The notes under the pieces: generated by a model
The model's input: the letters and a program-made list of their open reading frames with translations, nothing else
What the model was told of the DNA's origin: nothing
Database searches by the model: none
Made by a program: the position numbers and the translations under genes
DNA from: Vicugna vicugna
Lineage: Eukaryota
Direction: 5' to 3'
DNA: 64,000 nt
Assembly: GCA_013265495.1 (NCBI GenBank)
Contig: MU057724.1
Location: 1,441,102-1,505,101 of the forward strand
Shown here: one piece after another, positions 24,661-39,114 of the stretch
How the letters are laid out: every line of letters starts with the position of its first letter
How positions within the stretch are numbered: position 1 is the first letter of the stretch

Positions 24661-25959
24661 ATCACTTCAAATGACAGGACTAGCACAGATTTGCTATTTT
24701 CTCTAAAATGATTCTAGAAAAAGCTTTCATTTGAATCCATCATTTGCTCAAGACTAATCAAAGTTAACAGTAATTTTGTAACAACAATGTTGAGACATGT
24801 ATGTTAGCATATAAAAAATGAAAAATAGTAATTTTAATGTGGGCCAAGCCATCAGACTTTTACCTTCCTCTCATCTCATGTTCAGCGAGCATCTTTGAAT
24901 AAACTTGTCTTTCCAAGTATATTTACATCTGGGAATTTTAATTTACTTGAAGGTATTCCTGCCCCCTCCGCCCCATTATGTGTTTTTAAACTGTACTTCG
25001 GTTTACACACCGTTTTCCCGTGAACTTTGTCATCAACACACAATTCCAAAGAGACGAGAATTAATGATTTCAAGCCCTAAAAATCCAAAGCTGGGAGCCA
25101 CATGACACCCTGCCAGTCCCGCCGCCACCACGTCCTCTGGAGAAGCTAGACTCGGCCGCGAGCCGGACGCCTCACGCAACACTCCCTTCTCTTGCAGCTG
25201 CAGCTCTGCTGTCCTCACGCAGGACATTCGCAGCCCCTCCCTGAGCTGACATTGTGCACAACTGGCAGGGCCAGGATGAGAGCACAGGTCTTTCAATGTC
25301 AAGTCACATGGCTGTTCAGCCTTACAGGTTACAACTGCAGATTCAAACTAAAGTTGAATTGCACTCATTTACAGTAGCTCGTTTCTGTCAGCATAACCCA
25401 TTTCTGCCTGAGCTACTGCGCGTTTTCAGTCAGCTCCGTTGGTGGTGGAGCTGCAGCAGTGCTGTGTTACTGAGGCTCTCTTAATGTATCGCCACCCTCT
25501 CTGTTTGGTTCCGCTCTGTGTGTGTAACTCCGGTTCATGGCATCACACAGGTGGGGGCCAGGTCCCAGCTCTGCCTGTAACATCAGGCGCTTTCTTTGCC
25601 ACGGGGCTGGTCGGAAGTGAGACACAACATGCAGGAAGAGAGTTTGTTAATAACAGGTGCAGTTTTGGGGAAATTTTACTGTTATCTCAATATAGTTTTT
25701 TTTAAAAAGGCATCTATTAAGCACCTCATATGCCAGTTACACTGAGTGCTCTGGAATTCTCAAGGAAATCCACAGACAATACCAAACTCTTTCAACGAGA
25801 AAACTGTGAAAATGGGAAACATCAATTAAAATCGAAATAGTAAAGGTGGATGTAATTGAGAAGGGTTGTATCAACCCGTCACTGAGTGAAGATGTATCCT
25901 GTGAACACGCACCTTTGTCCAGTGACAACAGTAACAACGCAGGAAGCTCAGAGAGCCTC

Positions 25960-26128
25960 AGTCTTTCACAAACATCGTCTCATCTCCCCTTCAAAGCCAC
26001 TCCGTGTGAAGGATCCGTTTCACCACTTCCAGAGGGTGAAAATCTCACCAGCGGGGTAAGTAAGTGGCCACAGTGACCCAGCGGGATTTGAACAGCCTGA
26101 CTCCGGAGAATGCTCTGACTGCTAGCCA
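25960..26128 (-). mobile_element. MIR fragment
   Basis: ggtaagtaagtggccaca..cgggatttgaac..cctgactcc. Confidence 0.5.
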
Positions 26129-27744
26129 ACGTCACAAACACATAGAATACACAGAAATGAAAAAGTTAAGCGACTGACAAGAGCCCCAGCTCCACGAAGG
26201 CCTTGACGTCTACGGGCGTCACTGCCTTCATCACAAGCAGGTACGGACGCGGAGCTGCAGAGCGCTGCCACAGCAACCGCGGTGCACCTGTGACGCGCTG
26301 GATGCAGTTCTCTTTGTGGCCTCGGATAAAGTGCCTGTAGTTTATTTGACAGGCTGAGTTTCATTTTCTAAATAAATTTTTTTGACAAACGTGAATAGGA
26401 GTGATGAGAAATTTACATTTGTTTTCAAAATTCTTTTTGAGATCAGATAAGCAAATCCTTAACAAAATGGACCTCAAATTCTGTCTTGGTAAATGCAAGC
26501 AATTTCAGTCTTGAAGAATTAAAATAGAAATAGATTTCCACACCCTTCCCTATCACAAGAGGAAATACCAAACGGAAAGCGTTCTGGCATCCACCGGGTG
26601 TCTGTGCCAGGTGATCCGCTAACCCTTTTTACTCAGTCTCAGCAGGATGACGTGCTGGGGAAAGCTGAACAAGACAGTAACTGAAAGAAAGTGTGGTTTC
26701 CCGATTCTTTGATGATGGTCTGAGAATGCATTTTTTAACTGAATTACTACAAATTATCCCACATTCAAATGAAAGCCACAAAATAAAATGAGTAATTAGC
26801 TCCCAGAAAAGCACTGTTAGCACACGTTTGCAAACAGCTGTGATTCTTTTAGACCTTAACAGCGAGACTTCTGGTGAACCTGTGTGAGAACAAGTCATCG
26901 CAAGAGAAAATGGACTTATTGAAGCGATTCATTTCTAAACGTAGCATATTTTAACCTCCTCCCTCTTTTTCTATTGTAACTTTAATCCATAGTATACAAG
27001 CTAAATGATTTCTGTTTTGAGAAAAAACCTAGCTTCCTTGGATGGACAGCCTTTTTCTTTCATCCACGGTCAAGCAGGCAAATGACATTTAAAAGCACGT
27101 GCACGCTGAAAACTGCCAAGGAGCAGATCAGTAATAAACCTCGCTACCCAGGGGAACTCGAGCACGCTCCACCTCGTTTCCACTGCTGCAGCGCCAGCAC
27201 GCGGCCGAGCCTGTGCACTTCCACATGCCCTCGGCGGTTTCTGTCTCTTCCCGTCCCAGACCCCTCCGGTGATGCCGCTGCCGGGCTCTGGGGTCCTCTC
27301 CACATGAACCTGAGAGGTGCCCGCCTCACACCCTTCAGTCTGGAAATTCCAGCACCAACACCTTCCCCTCGGCAGGTAAGGACTGGACACTCTTAGGTTA
27401 CAAATGGGCACTCCCTTCTCCGGAGCTGTCCAGGGCAGAGGGGTAAGTACTTCCTTCCCCTCAATTATAATCACGGTTTCTTTTGTTACTGTCCTACATC
27501 TGATAGAGCTTTTAAAAAAAAAATGTTTCTCAGAGTGTGAAAATTTTCATCAATATTTTCTATCTCAATTGTCAGAGTCAGGAAAAACACCCAAACGAGA
27601 GACGCCCCGAGACGGCCGAGGATGCCCTACGCGCACAGCTCTCCCAGGGCAGGTCTGACCCCGGCAACCTCTCAGTCTTGGAGCAAAGTGATTCTCCCCA
27701 CAGGCGGCCGCAAAGCTTCTTTACAAGCTGAACTTAACAACAAT

Positions 27745-27859
27745 GGAAGCAATTGGGCACAACATTGTAAAATGACTATAACTCAACAAAAAATGTAAAT
27801 AAATAAATAAATAAATAATAAAATTAAAATTAAAGTAATTAAATTTATATTAAAAAAAA
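27745..27859 (+). mobile_element. Short L1 3' tip with (AAAT)n tail
   Basis: cacaacattgtaaaatgactataactcaacaaaaaatgtaaataaataaataaata. Confidence 0.7.
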
Positions 27860-29673
27860 CTATGACAACAGTGACAGTCGCTCACTTCTCCGTGGAATTG
27901 CTCCTTCGGCTAATGTTTACAGCCCCGCAGATGGGGGGAGAGCTTGGCGCATGCCCTGGTCTGGCCCAGGTCACCAAGTTTTCGTCCAGCGGGACATGCT
28001 GTGGCTGGCAGTGCGCCGTGCTCCAAGCCCCGAGCTGCTGACGCCGCACAGGAGCACCAAGTCCCCCGGGGCTGGTTCCTTCCACCTGCAGGGGCTTGCT
28101 GGCCCTGCGACCTGCAAGGGGCACCCCTTGCTAAACCAAAACGAACCAGCTTTGGTTCAGAGGAGTTCTTCTCCAAGTTAGGGCACTGACCGAGACCCAC
28201 TTTCTGAGGTCTTTCCTCTGTGCCAAGATGCACAGCATCTCCTGACCAGTGACAGCCGCCACACCAGTCGCCTAGCCCTAACGCTCACCCCACCCTCGCC
28301 AAGGACCGCAGCCTCCCTTTTCCAACAAGTGTGGTACCACTCCCCCACCCCACGCAACAGGCTGATCCACTTTGAGGAAACAGCAATCCCGACTTACTGA
28401 AAGTCATGCCAGTGCCATGATACATGCACAACTAAGACCCCAAAACTGCAGTCACACATGAGATAATGCGCCTCAGTGTCATATGCAGTGAGTCTACATC
28501 CTACCCCAGTGCGAGCAGGAGTGCTGGTTGGTGCCTTAGCAACAGCTTCATCTGCGTCTTGACACAGTTCATCTGTAGATCAACACTCAACCAAATCCAC
28601 CCTTTCGCAGCGTAACAGAACGCTCACGTGCTGGCCATGTGAAAGCCACTCCTATCGTCTCTCCACTGTACTGTTGGCTGCAGAAACTCTGCAGAAAACT
28701 TAGATTTTGATTCGTCTTGACTCACGAATGCCTTCCTTGTGTTCAATTCCCTAAATAATTCCACTCTTTCCCTCGGTAACAGAATAAAGAAAGGAAGTGC
28801 TGGCCTGTACGGCAGTAAAGTGTTATTAACATTCTCCTGTAAAAATCTTCCATTTTGCTTTGCATCACTGAAGCCTTGGCTTTGAAAGTCCGTCAGGCAC
28901 AGTGTTGACAGACTTGCTCCGAAGATGCCTTCAACGCTGTGTCAGGCCAAAAAATAATCAAGCTGAGCTTGAGCAGGGCTTGATTTAATTAGTTTGTCGA
29001 TTGAAAAATCACAGTCAGGATCTGAAGGAGGTCCTCATTTCTCCAAGCTTTATGACTCGGCCTGATCTCAGCATGTATTTTTTTCCTGTGTCAAGTGACT
29101 AAGAGGCCCAGTGTAACGGGAAAGGATCACGCTGTTTCTCAGGGCTGTGCAAGTGGCATTTTAAAGCAAAGGTAATGACTCTCAGCAAGGAGAAATGGTT
29201 TTTAATTTTCATCTTTGGCACAAGAAGGGGAAAAAACAAAGATCTCATTTGATTCCTGAGAGACTCTGTGTTACATTTTTCATCTCCGTCTTTTCTGGGT
29301 CCGACAAACTAATGACTTTGGAGCTCTATTTGGTAAGAGACAGACGGTCAGCACACTGTAACTACCATTGTGCATTTTGCTTGGTCCACATAAAAACCGT
29401 GACCCCACACTTGAGGAAATCCGTTCTACTCCACTGGAACACTCACTGTTAGCAGTTCCCAGGGTGCCCTTCAGAAAGTTTTTTACAACTATAAGAATAT
29501 ATGTGATTTTAACTTAGGCAAATTTATCCATGTTTGCATTAATTGGTGCAAAATTATCTAAATAACCTTCTGAAAATTGTTACTCTCCATCAGACAAAAA
29601 AATCAGTTACAGGTAGATTGTAGGTCTAACTGTAAAGGTTATAACAAAAAAGCTTCTCGAAAAATATGGCTAA

Positions 29674-30008
29674 TATATTAGGATTCTCCAGAGATACAGA
29701 ACCTATAGGAAATATACATACAGATATGGAGAGGGAAGGAGATACCTCATGAGAAATTGGCTCATGTGATTACAAAAGCGAGCAAGTCCATATCTGTGTA
29801 ACTGATGTCCCGTCTGAGCCCAAAGGCCAGGTGGCTGCCACAGAACCAGGGAGAACCAATGCCCCAGCGTGACAACTGTCAGGCAGGAAATTTCTCTCTT
29901 TCTTGGGGAGGCCAGCATTTTTGTTCTATTCAGACCTTCAGCTGATTGGATGAGGCCCACCCCCGTGACACCCCATGGCCCAGTAGTTGACACAAAATTA
30001 ACACCACA
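29674..30008 (-). mobile_element. MLT2 LTR (ERVL), internally deleted
   Basis: tattaggattctccagagatacagaacctatagga...aattggctcatgtgatta...ttgttctattcagaccttcagctgattggatgaggcccacc...gttgacacaaaattaacaccaca. Confidence 0.9.
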
Positions 30009-30537
30009 GTTGGTAAAAATAATGTCGAGATTTACTCTTTTTTCATGATATGTGATGATTTAATTAGCATAATACATTTTCTGCTTCTTGAGGATTTGAA
30101 TGAATGTCATGAGGGACCGAACAGATGTAACAGAATAAGGAGTGGTTTAGACCTAAATCCAAATCCAAACACTTGCACAAGCCAAGAAACACATTCTCCC
30201 CACTTATTTATTTATTATTTATGTACTCAGTCATTTATATCACCACAGACCAGTGCTCCTCAGAAGCATCTGAGAGACTGTCGCGGAGGGAGGAGAGGCT
30301 GGGATTGGTTTGAAATTAAGAAAATCTAGGTTATGTATGGACTTTGGACGGTAACAACATCAATTTTGGTTCTTTTCTGGAAATACAAAAGTAATCAAAG
30401 TAAAAGATACATTTAAAAAATTCAATTACATTCCCATACAAAAATAAACATGTGGAAACCAAAATTAAGAATATATCATTTATAGTTACTCCTCAAACCT
30501 TAAGTATAAGGTGAAAGAAAGCAAAGAATCTCTAAAT

Positions 30538-31083
30538 AAATATCCATCAACAGATAACTGGATAAAGAAGTTGTGGTATATTTATATAATGGAATACTAC
30601 TTAACCATAAAAAGAATAAAATAATGCCATTGGCAGCAACATGGATGGTCCTGGAGACTGTCATTCTAAGTGAAGTGAGCAAGACAGAAAAAAACAAATG
30701 CCATATGATATCACTTATATGTGGAATAAGAAAGAAAGAAAGAAAAGGAAAAGGAAGAAAGGAAGAAAGGAAGGAAGGAAGGGACACAAATGAACTTATT
30801 TACTAAACAGAGACAGACCCACAGACATAGAAAATAAACTATGGTTACCAAGGAGGAAGGGAGTGAGGAAGGATAAACTGGGAGTTTGGGATTTGCAGTT
30901 ACTAACCACTACATACAAAGTAAACAACAAGGTCCTACTGTAGAGCACAGGGAACTATAGTCAATACCCTGTGATGGTCTATAATGGAAAAGTATGAAAA
31001 GTAATACACATAAAACTAATTCACTATGCTGTACACCAGAAATTAACACAACATTGAAAATCGACTACACTTTGACGAAAAAT
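30538..31083 (+). mobile_element. Younger cetartiodactyl L1 3' end (nested)
   Basis: KKNKIMPLAATWMVLETVILSEVSKTEKNKCHMISLICG; ggtcctactgtagagcacagggaactatagtcaatacc; internal (GAAA/GGAA)n. Confidence 0.9.
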
Positions 31084-31432
31084 ACATAAATAGAGAGAAA
31101 TGTGTTTATGGATTGGAATAATCAACTTAGTGAAGATTTCTATTCATCTAAACTGACCTATAGGTTTAGTACAATTGCTATCAAAATTCTAGCAGGGTAT
31201 TATTGCACATCCACACAACTTTATCCTAAAATTTATGTGGAAAGGCAAGGGGCCTGGGCTTGCTTAAAAACAACTTGAAAAAGATTCAAGGGGAAGAAAG
31301 CGCTGTACCTGATGCTAAGACATAAGGTGCAGCTGCAGGCGTCAGGGCTCTGTGGTGCTGGTCGGGGGACAAACACATTCATCAGTGGAACAGAACAGAG
31401 AGCACAACAATAGATCCACACAAATATACTCA

Positions 31433-31915
31433 AGGGAAAAGAAGATGGGGTACAAACACATGGTGGAATACTAGTCAGCCAGAAAAAAGGTTGAAATTTC
31501 GCCATTTGCAACAACATGGATGGATTTGGAGGGCATTATGCTAAGTGAAATAAAGCAGACAGAGAAAGGCAAATACTGTATGATATCACTTAATTGTGGA
31601 ATCTAAAAAAATAGAACTAGTGAATATAAAAAGAAAGGAACAGACTCACAGATACGGAGAGCAAGCTAGTAGCTCCCAGTGGGGAGAGGGAAGTGGGGAG
31701 GGACAAGACAGGGGTGGGGATTTAAGCAACACACACTACTGTGGATAAAACGAATAAACCACAAGGCTGCATTTTCCCTGGCACAGGGAATACAGCTAAT
31801 ATTTTAGAGTAACTACAACCGGAGCAAAACCTTTAAAAATTGTGAAATCAATTTGTTTTGCACCTGAAACATACAATATTGTACAAACTCTACCTCAATT
31901 AAAATAAATAAATAC
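31433..31915 (+). mobile_element. Second nested L1 3' end
   Basis: gccatttgcaacaacatggatggatttggagggcattatgctaagtgaaataa...ctacctcaattaaaaataaataaa. Confidence 0.9.
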
Positions 31916-33419
31916 ACTGATTAATTAATTTTTAAAAATTTACAAAAACAAATGGAGAAAGGGCAGCCTTTCAACAAATGGTGCTGGAACAACTGGACAT
32001 CCACGTGCATAAAAACAACAGCAAAAAAACCCAACCACTTCAACATACATCTCATTGTATTTTAAAAAGTTAACTCAAAGTGTATGACAGACATAAATGT
32101 AAGGCACAAAACTATAAAATTTTAGAAAAAAATAAGAAAAAATTATTGCGACCTAGAGCTTAGTGAATAATTGTTAGACTTGACACCAAAATATATTCCA
32201 TAGGAGGAAAATTTGTTAAATTGGACCTCATTGAAATCCTTTTTTTTTTTTTAATCCTGTTAAGAGAATGAAGAAACAAGCCATAGACTGGAAGAAAGTG
32301 TCTGCAAACCACATTTCTGACACAGGGCTCGTATCTAGATATACAAAGAAACCTCAAAACAACAGTAGAAAAAACAACAAGTTAATTAGAAAGTGGTCAA
32401 AAGGCATGAACAGACATCTCCCTGCAGAGGACTCACAGATGGCATCTGAGCACATGAAAACCTGGTCAACATCGTTCGCTATTACGGAAATGCAAATTAA
32501 AACCATGACAGATTATCGCCACTCACCTAACAGAATGGCCGAATGTCTCTTTGAAAAGGCAGCGCCACGCGCTGGCTAGCATGTGGAAGGACAGGTCCCT
32601 CTCACTTGCTGCCCGGAACGTAAGACAGTGCAGCTCCTCTGAAAACAGCCTGGCAGTTTCTGCAAACTACATACACCCTCACCTCGTGACCCAGCAGTTG
32701 TATTCCTGGGCATGCATCCCAGAGAAATAAAAACTTCCCTTCACACACAAAGTCCTGGGCATGAATGTTTCTAAGAGCTTTATTTGTAACAGCCAAGCGC
32801 TGGAAAGAACACACACGTCCTTCAACAGTTGGATGGTTAAGCAAACTGTGTTCCATCAGCCATGGAATCCCACATGGCATAAAGGGAAGAAACTGTCAAC
32901 CCACCCAGAAGCTGGGATGGGTCTCAAGGGGATTTTGTTGACTGAAAAAAGAGTCAGTCCAAAAGGATAACATACTTTATGATTCAACGTATACAAAATT
33001 ATTGAAATGATGTGGTTATAAACACGAACAAGACGTCAGTGGTTTCCAGCTTTGGGGATGGGTGAAGGCAGCTTGTGGCTTATAAAGGCAGGACCAAGGA
33101 CCCTGGGATGAAACCATCCTCTGTCTAAACTGTAGAGGGGGTTCCACAGATCTGTACACGTGTTAAAATTGTATAGAATGAAAGGCGCACACACACTCAC
33201 CTGCATATAAAAATGATGACATTTTAATAAAGTCAGTGGATTGTCACAACGCCAATTTCCTGTTGTATTACCACTGATTCTAGTTAAGCGAGGTGACACC
33301 ACGGGGTAAGACTGGGGGAGAAGGAGATGGGGTCTCTCTGTAACATCTCCTGCAACTGCACGTGAACCTACAATTGTGCACAAAGTACAAATAACTTGCC
33401 TACCAAACATACAGTTCAG

Positions 33420-33620
33420 TATGAACTGAAACTCAAAACGTGAGTCGCAGCAGTATGTCAACGCAGAGTCATGAGCTGTAACAGACACCCCGCTCTGGGA
33501 GGTGCGTCGACGGTGGGAGTCTCGTGAGGACGCGTGGCCAGGCTGTAGACAGGAACTCTCCGTGCTTCCCACGCAGCTTTGCGGTGAACCCAAAGTTGCT
33601 CTAACGGCTAAGTTTAATGA
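33420..33620 (+). mobile_element. L1MC-type 3' tip
   Basis: ggaactctccgtgcttcccacgcagctttgcggtgaacccaaagttgctctaa. Confidence 0.65.
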
Positions 33621-35759
33621 AAGAAATAACTAAGATAAACCCTTCATTGTCATTATTATTTATCATTGTTATTACTAATCGTTTGTAGTTTAAAATCCAA
33701 GGCCTTCATCTTAATCCCATCATCAAGTTGTAGCAAATAATGCAGTTTCCTTCTAACAGGCTCGTGGATTGTCTGAAAAATCATCCTGCTCTGATCATCA
33801 GCTACTTCCACCTTTAACCTGAGCTTTGCTTCACTGAGGATAAGCCTTGCAGCTCTTCAAACAGAAGCGCATTGATGATGCACTGAGTACTGCACCTTCC
33901 CCGGGGGACATACTAATGATTTATATTCCATCCATGAATCCGTTTAAAGTGATTCATTCCTGCGGTAACAGTGCTTCCGTAACCGGGACATAATTCCTCA
34001 GCATCCCCTTCCGGATCTCCCCAACGCGGTGACAAAACAGACTCCTTTAGGACTTGCATGCCCGTGTAAACGGCTCTCCCAAGTCACCGACATCCTTCTG
34101 AACAAAGCTGAAAACCACATTTCTAGCTCTACTACTTTCCGTCTACCTGATAGATGTTTCCCATTCGTCATCCACCGGGAGAGAAGAGTTTTGAAATTAC
34201 ATCAGCAAAATAAAAGCCAAAGAATCTTCCAGCTCAATCTTCCTCATTGACTTCCTGGAAACATTTAAACAGCTACAGAAGCTGTATTTCTTTTTAAGGA
34301 ATCAAATCAATGTTTTCTCCCTTTTTTTCTCCCAGTGGCAAGTATTTCTTTTGAATTAGTTTGACTTATCATTAAGACTGCTTGCTAAAAACACAAATTT
34401 GAAGTCAGTTTTCTTTTGCAAATTTAAAGTATGAGTTACATACAAAACAGGTCCAAGCCTTACTGTACATTTTTTTCAATTGTTATTACTCTGTCTGCCG
34501 AGATCTTTTTTCAATGTGATAAATGATGCCAGTTGCTTTCTGAGTGGAGATGACCTCAGACACTAAGCCAGCCGACAGGGAAACGGGCGTGCCGAGGAAG
34601 GCCCAGCAGAGGCTGTCTTTAGCACTCCCGCCATGTCGACTGTGTGAATTGAATCTGATCACATTCTTTTGTTCAAAACAAATGAACTTCTGGCTTGTTG
34701 GCACACAGGCTGCTCTGACAGGATATCCTTGGACTGACTGCTCACATGAAGGAGAAGTTAGCTCCTCACACTCATCTCACATTTCAAATCCGAGCCGCCA
34801 GGCAGACGTCTCACGTTTCGGGGGAGTGCAGCTGGAGGTGGAGGTGCGCGGTCCAGCCGCCGTGACGGCGGCGCAGGTGCTCCGGCCACACGGAGGCAAG
34901 CCCCCAAGCCCCCGCTCTCAACAGAGGAGATGCTAGAAAACACGGTCTCGTCCGTCCCTGACGTGGGATTTCACGCCGTGCTGTATTTGTCTTCCATTCT
35001 TTCTGGCGTATTAACTGTGTTGCACACGTGCTCTCAACTGGTTTCGTTTGCTCGGGAGTCATAAACATTTTACATGCTATTGAAAGAAATTTTGCCTTTG
35101 ATGTGGGACGCCCGGAGCTTAAATTTAAAATGCAGGATTCATTACTGCACACGTTTGACTATGCTAAAGCATATTTCAAGCAAAATTCCAAACCCAAATG
35201 TATAACGCTAAACATATTTCACCTTGATATGACTGGTTTCCTGTACGAACAAGCCCAAGTAACAGAATTTAAACAAAGCACTGATGTCTCGCTCTCTGTT
35301 TCACGTGCTTATGCACGATAATGCAAGTCGAATCATCTGCTTGCTTCATGATGGAGTTTGAAAACTGTAATTGTGGAAACTACCATCTTAATGAATGGAC
35401 GAAAAACAGAACGCAGAGCATCCTTCACTGCGTATTAACGGCAGCAGGTGATACGTGATGCAGTTAATGAACGATGACTATCACTAAACAAAAACACAGA
35501 GGCACAAAATACCAGCCCTTCCCATCAGAAAGCAAAAACACGGAATGGACACATTCTTCTCAATTAATTTTCTTAGAATTTAATCTGCTTATGGTCTTCA
35601 GTTGTTCAGTACTGCTCTGGTGGTTTCAGAAGAAAAGGCAGAGGCAATTAGATTTATATATCAGTTCTCATTCATATCTTACTCAGAGTTTCACGCAGAG
35701 ATTTTGTCTGGCACTGTTTTGCAGAGCCATGCTGGTGTCTAAGCAAATGACTTAATAAA

Positions 35760-35900
35760 AGTCAGTAATACTGACCCTTTTTATCCACCAGGGATTTCTG
35801 CATTAATTTTGATGTTTTAAATTATTGCACTAAAGTACTATTTATCTTGTGCTCTTTGGGGTCCCCTAAAGTTTGCACCTGAGGGGAGAACAAGCATGGC
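35760..35900. mobile_element. MER91-like hAT DNA transposon remnant
   Basis: gcattaattttgatgttttaaattattgcactaaagtactatttatcttg...cccctaaagtttgcacctgagg. Confidence 0.5.
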
Positions 35901-37561
35901 TAGTAAGTGAACTGTCCAGCCAACTCAGGCTGGGGCGCCGTTCCTCTCTGGTGTCTTTGTGTGAGTCTCTCATCATTGCTTTCTTCTGCTACGTCTACAC
36001 TTTTGTTATTAAAATGTTGCTCCTGGATCAGTGACGCAACAGGATTCATTAAAGCAAAAAGCAGTAATTACTACAGAAGAAAATACCAACACACAAAGCA
36101 TAAAAGTAAACCTGAGAGTAACAGTACAAGTGGAGGGTATGACTCACGGAGCGGGACTGGAAGCACGAGTGAGAAGTAAATATTGAAATGTTTTGGTTGC
36201 ACCCAGGCTCTGGAAAAGTAAATTTGGAATAGAAAGCACAATTATAACTATCTAAAATTATTTTTATGATTTCCCCCATCTCTAGTTCCCTGTACATTAA
36301 CTTTAATAAATTTTGTCAGAAAATGGCATAAAGCCAGCAAAATTTGTATCGTTTTATTTTTCTGAAAATGCTGGTTTTCTAGAGCATGTTTCATAATGAG
36401 AAATGGATTGTTTTTGCCCTGATGTCTCACAAGAGACCCAAACTAGAGAAATACATTTAAAGGAATACAAGTCACAACAAAAACTTGTCCAAGTAACTCT
36501 ATTCCTGAGACGTTTAAAAACCACTGCCAAAGTTAATGGAAAAGTCCCACGACGGGAGGCGAAGACCGCGTGGGGGTGGGCCGTCCCTCACAGGCGGCGC
36601 CGAGGGGATCAGCAGTGCAAGAGCGGCTGTTCCCACCCAGCCGGCAGAAGCCCCGTGGGCGCGCGTGGGCTCTGGCAGACGTGTGGGCGTCCTTTAGGGC
36701 AGGGCGCCCACACGGTGCTTTCCTCCGAGTGAAAAGGCTACTCTTCACTGAGCAGCTCTTTTGGGAAAGACTGAAATCGTGTTTAGAATTGGCAAGATAC
36801 AGCAAGAAAGTGCGTTCATGCCAGTCTTCAGACTGTTTATCCACAGACGACTGGTCATAAATAACATACTTCACAGTTGACAGAAACAGTTAGGAGTGGA
36901 CATTGGCAAGCCACAGACGTGCCCGTCAGCTCTCTGCCGCCACGTCCAGAGATGGGGTCAGGTCTGCCCCACAGTTAAGTGTGCTCTCCATCCGGGGGAC
37001 TGGCGCACACTCACTGTATAAAAGTGACGGGTGTGAGTAATTCTTAAATTTTCCCGAAAGGCATATTTTAACAGATTACTGGTTACGTTGAAAGCTTGAC
37101 CCTCTCCCAACAGTCCTGAGATGACAATTTTTTTTAATTGAGAAAAAGCTATCATCATTAAAAAAAAAGTGGAAAATGTTGGCAATTGAATAATTGGGTT
37201 TTATCCACTTTTAAGTCTTTTTAAAACCATGTTGAAATTCAACAACAGAAACTTCAGAAATCTATTCCAGATGTGAATGAAACCAAAGAAATGATAGGAA
37301 GTCCTCCCTCTGCCTTCTTCCAAGCTTTAATTTTAAACCTCTAACTTTTAGGTTTTATTTATTCATCTAATCTGCAGAATGTCTCCAAAGTGTTTCAAGT
37401 GTCAAAGGCAGTTTGGAGTTTCCAGTCTCCTGAGAACTGTTTAACGAAGGTCCCAACACTCTTCCTAAAAGTATAATTATGAATTAGACACGTCCGCTGT
37501 AGTGAAGATCAGTTAGCGGAACAAATGGCGCGCTGAGCCTCACTTACTGCTCAAGCTCTCT

Positions 37562-37875
37562 TTTTTCTTACTGAAGTGCAGTCAGCTTGCAATGCTGTGT
37601 CCACTTCTGGTGTGCAGCACAGTGCTTCAGCCACACACGAGTACACGTATATTCGTTTTCATACTCTTTTCCACCATACGCTACTACAAGCTATTAAATA
37701 TGGTTCCCCGTGCTCTACAATATGAACTTACCTGGTTTATACACACCAGTCAGTATCTGCAAATCTCGAACTCCCAGTTTATCCCTTCCCACCCCCTTTC
37801 TCCTGCTGGTCACCATGAGTTTGTTTTCTGTCTGTGAGTCTGTTTCTGTTTTATAGATAAGTTCATTTGTCTCTT
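37562..37875 (-). mobile_element. 5'-truncated L1 3' end with 11-bp TSD
   Basis: L1 3'UTR motifs; TSD tcaagctctct at 37551-37561 and 37876-37886. Confidence 0.9.
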
Positions 37876-38619
37876 TCAAGCTCTCTCTTGGGCCTGATGT
37901 GGATACATGTGTCAAGAACTGCACCAGTACAACGTCCTGTAATCAGAGTGCACAATACGCACACCCAGGAGGTGGATACCACTACAGATTTATTTGATTT
38001 CTCCATTCATTGTCTCTTGTGTGGAACAAACATGATTAACTGGCTCCAAATGTTTGAGAAGTTTTACTCCAGATTTAATACCCTTTTATTTTGACTTCAA
38101 TACAATACCAATGGGATTGACAATAATTAAGTAAGTGAATTAACTGATTATGTATCAACAAAATGTATCTGGCTTTAAATTTACAGTTCAAACAAATGAA
38201 CAGAGTTTACTTTATGACTGTTTTCTCGTCACAAGCACAAAGAAATAGCCACAAAGAGGTTCTATATGCTTCCACAGACAGTCCTGAATTGCTAAGAAAG
38301 TATATGATGAATTCAGCTCATTAAGTGCAGCACAAGAACTTGTAGACCAGAGTTTGGACTTTTAACTTGAGGTGAAAAGGCTTGTAGGTTTCAAGCAGAG
38401 AAGGGGAATTTTCTGAACTGTGTACTTAGAAGGTCCCTCTGTAGAGAGAAGCTTGGATGAACCATGGATGCCTGGATTAGAGCCAGACATGGTTGAACTT
38501 GATGTAGGCAGTGAGGGGAGATGTACACGTACATGTACAGAGACACATTTCCTAGCCCTGCCCACTCCAAGGGCTTGGAAGCAAAAACACCCTGTAGAGG
38601 ACACCAACAATTTTATGTC

Positions 38620-39075
38620 TATACCTCCCCCTCAAAGAGGTGGACACCCTTGAAGTGGGGTCTACATGCAGTGACTTGCATCCCCAAGTGCGGTGGGGAA
38701 GAAGGGGAGGGGAGTTAACGGTGGAACGGAGAAACCGGTAGACACGCCCTTAGTCAGAAGGTGGAGGTCAATCAACATCACTAATCATAAATCGTGTTGG
38801 CAGCACGTACCTTTGACACAACGTGTGGAGAATTCCACTGACCTCTTTCCTCTTCCTCCCCAAAACACAGAAGTCCAGACTGACCTTGAGAAAACCCCAG
38901 ACAAACCCAAACTGAGGGACATTTTACCACGTGCCCGAGAAACTGGCTAAAGCCAGGGCAGCCTGAAGAGATACAGTGATTAAATAAGACAAAATATTAT
39001 GGGAAGGACTCTGGAGCAGAAAAACTGGACATTGGGGGAAACAAACACATCCCAACAAAGTTTATTTTAGTTTAA
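38620..39075 (+). mobile_element. L1MC 3'UTR fragment
   Basis: cagacaaacccaaactgagggacatttta...ctggagcagaaaaactggacattggggg. Confidence 0.7.
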
Positions 39076-39114
39076 AAAACAAGCAAAGGTCACTCTGGCT
39101 GCTGTATGAAGAGT

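Larger units (their letters stand above)
30330..33400 (+). mobile_element. Old L1 (L1MC/MD-like) ORF2 to 3' end, host of two younger L1 insertions
   Basis: tttcaacaaatggtgctggaacaactggacatcc; MKKQAIDWKKVSANHISDTGLVSRY..IRKWSKGMNRH; ends ctgcacgtgaacctacaatt. Confidence 0.9.
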
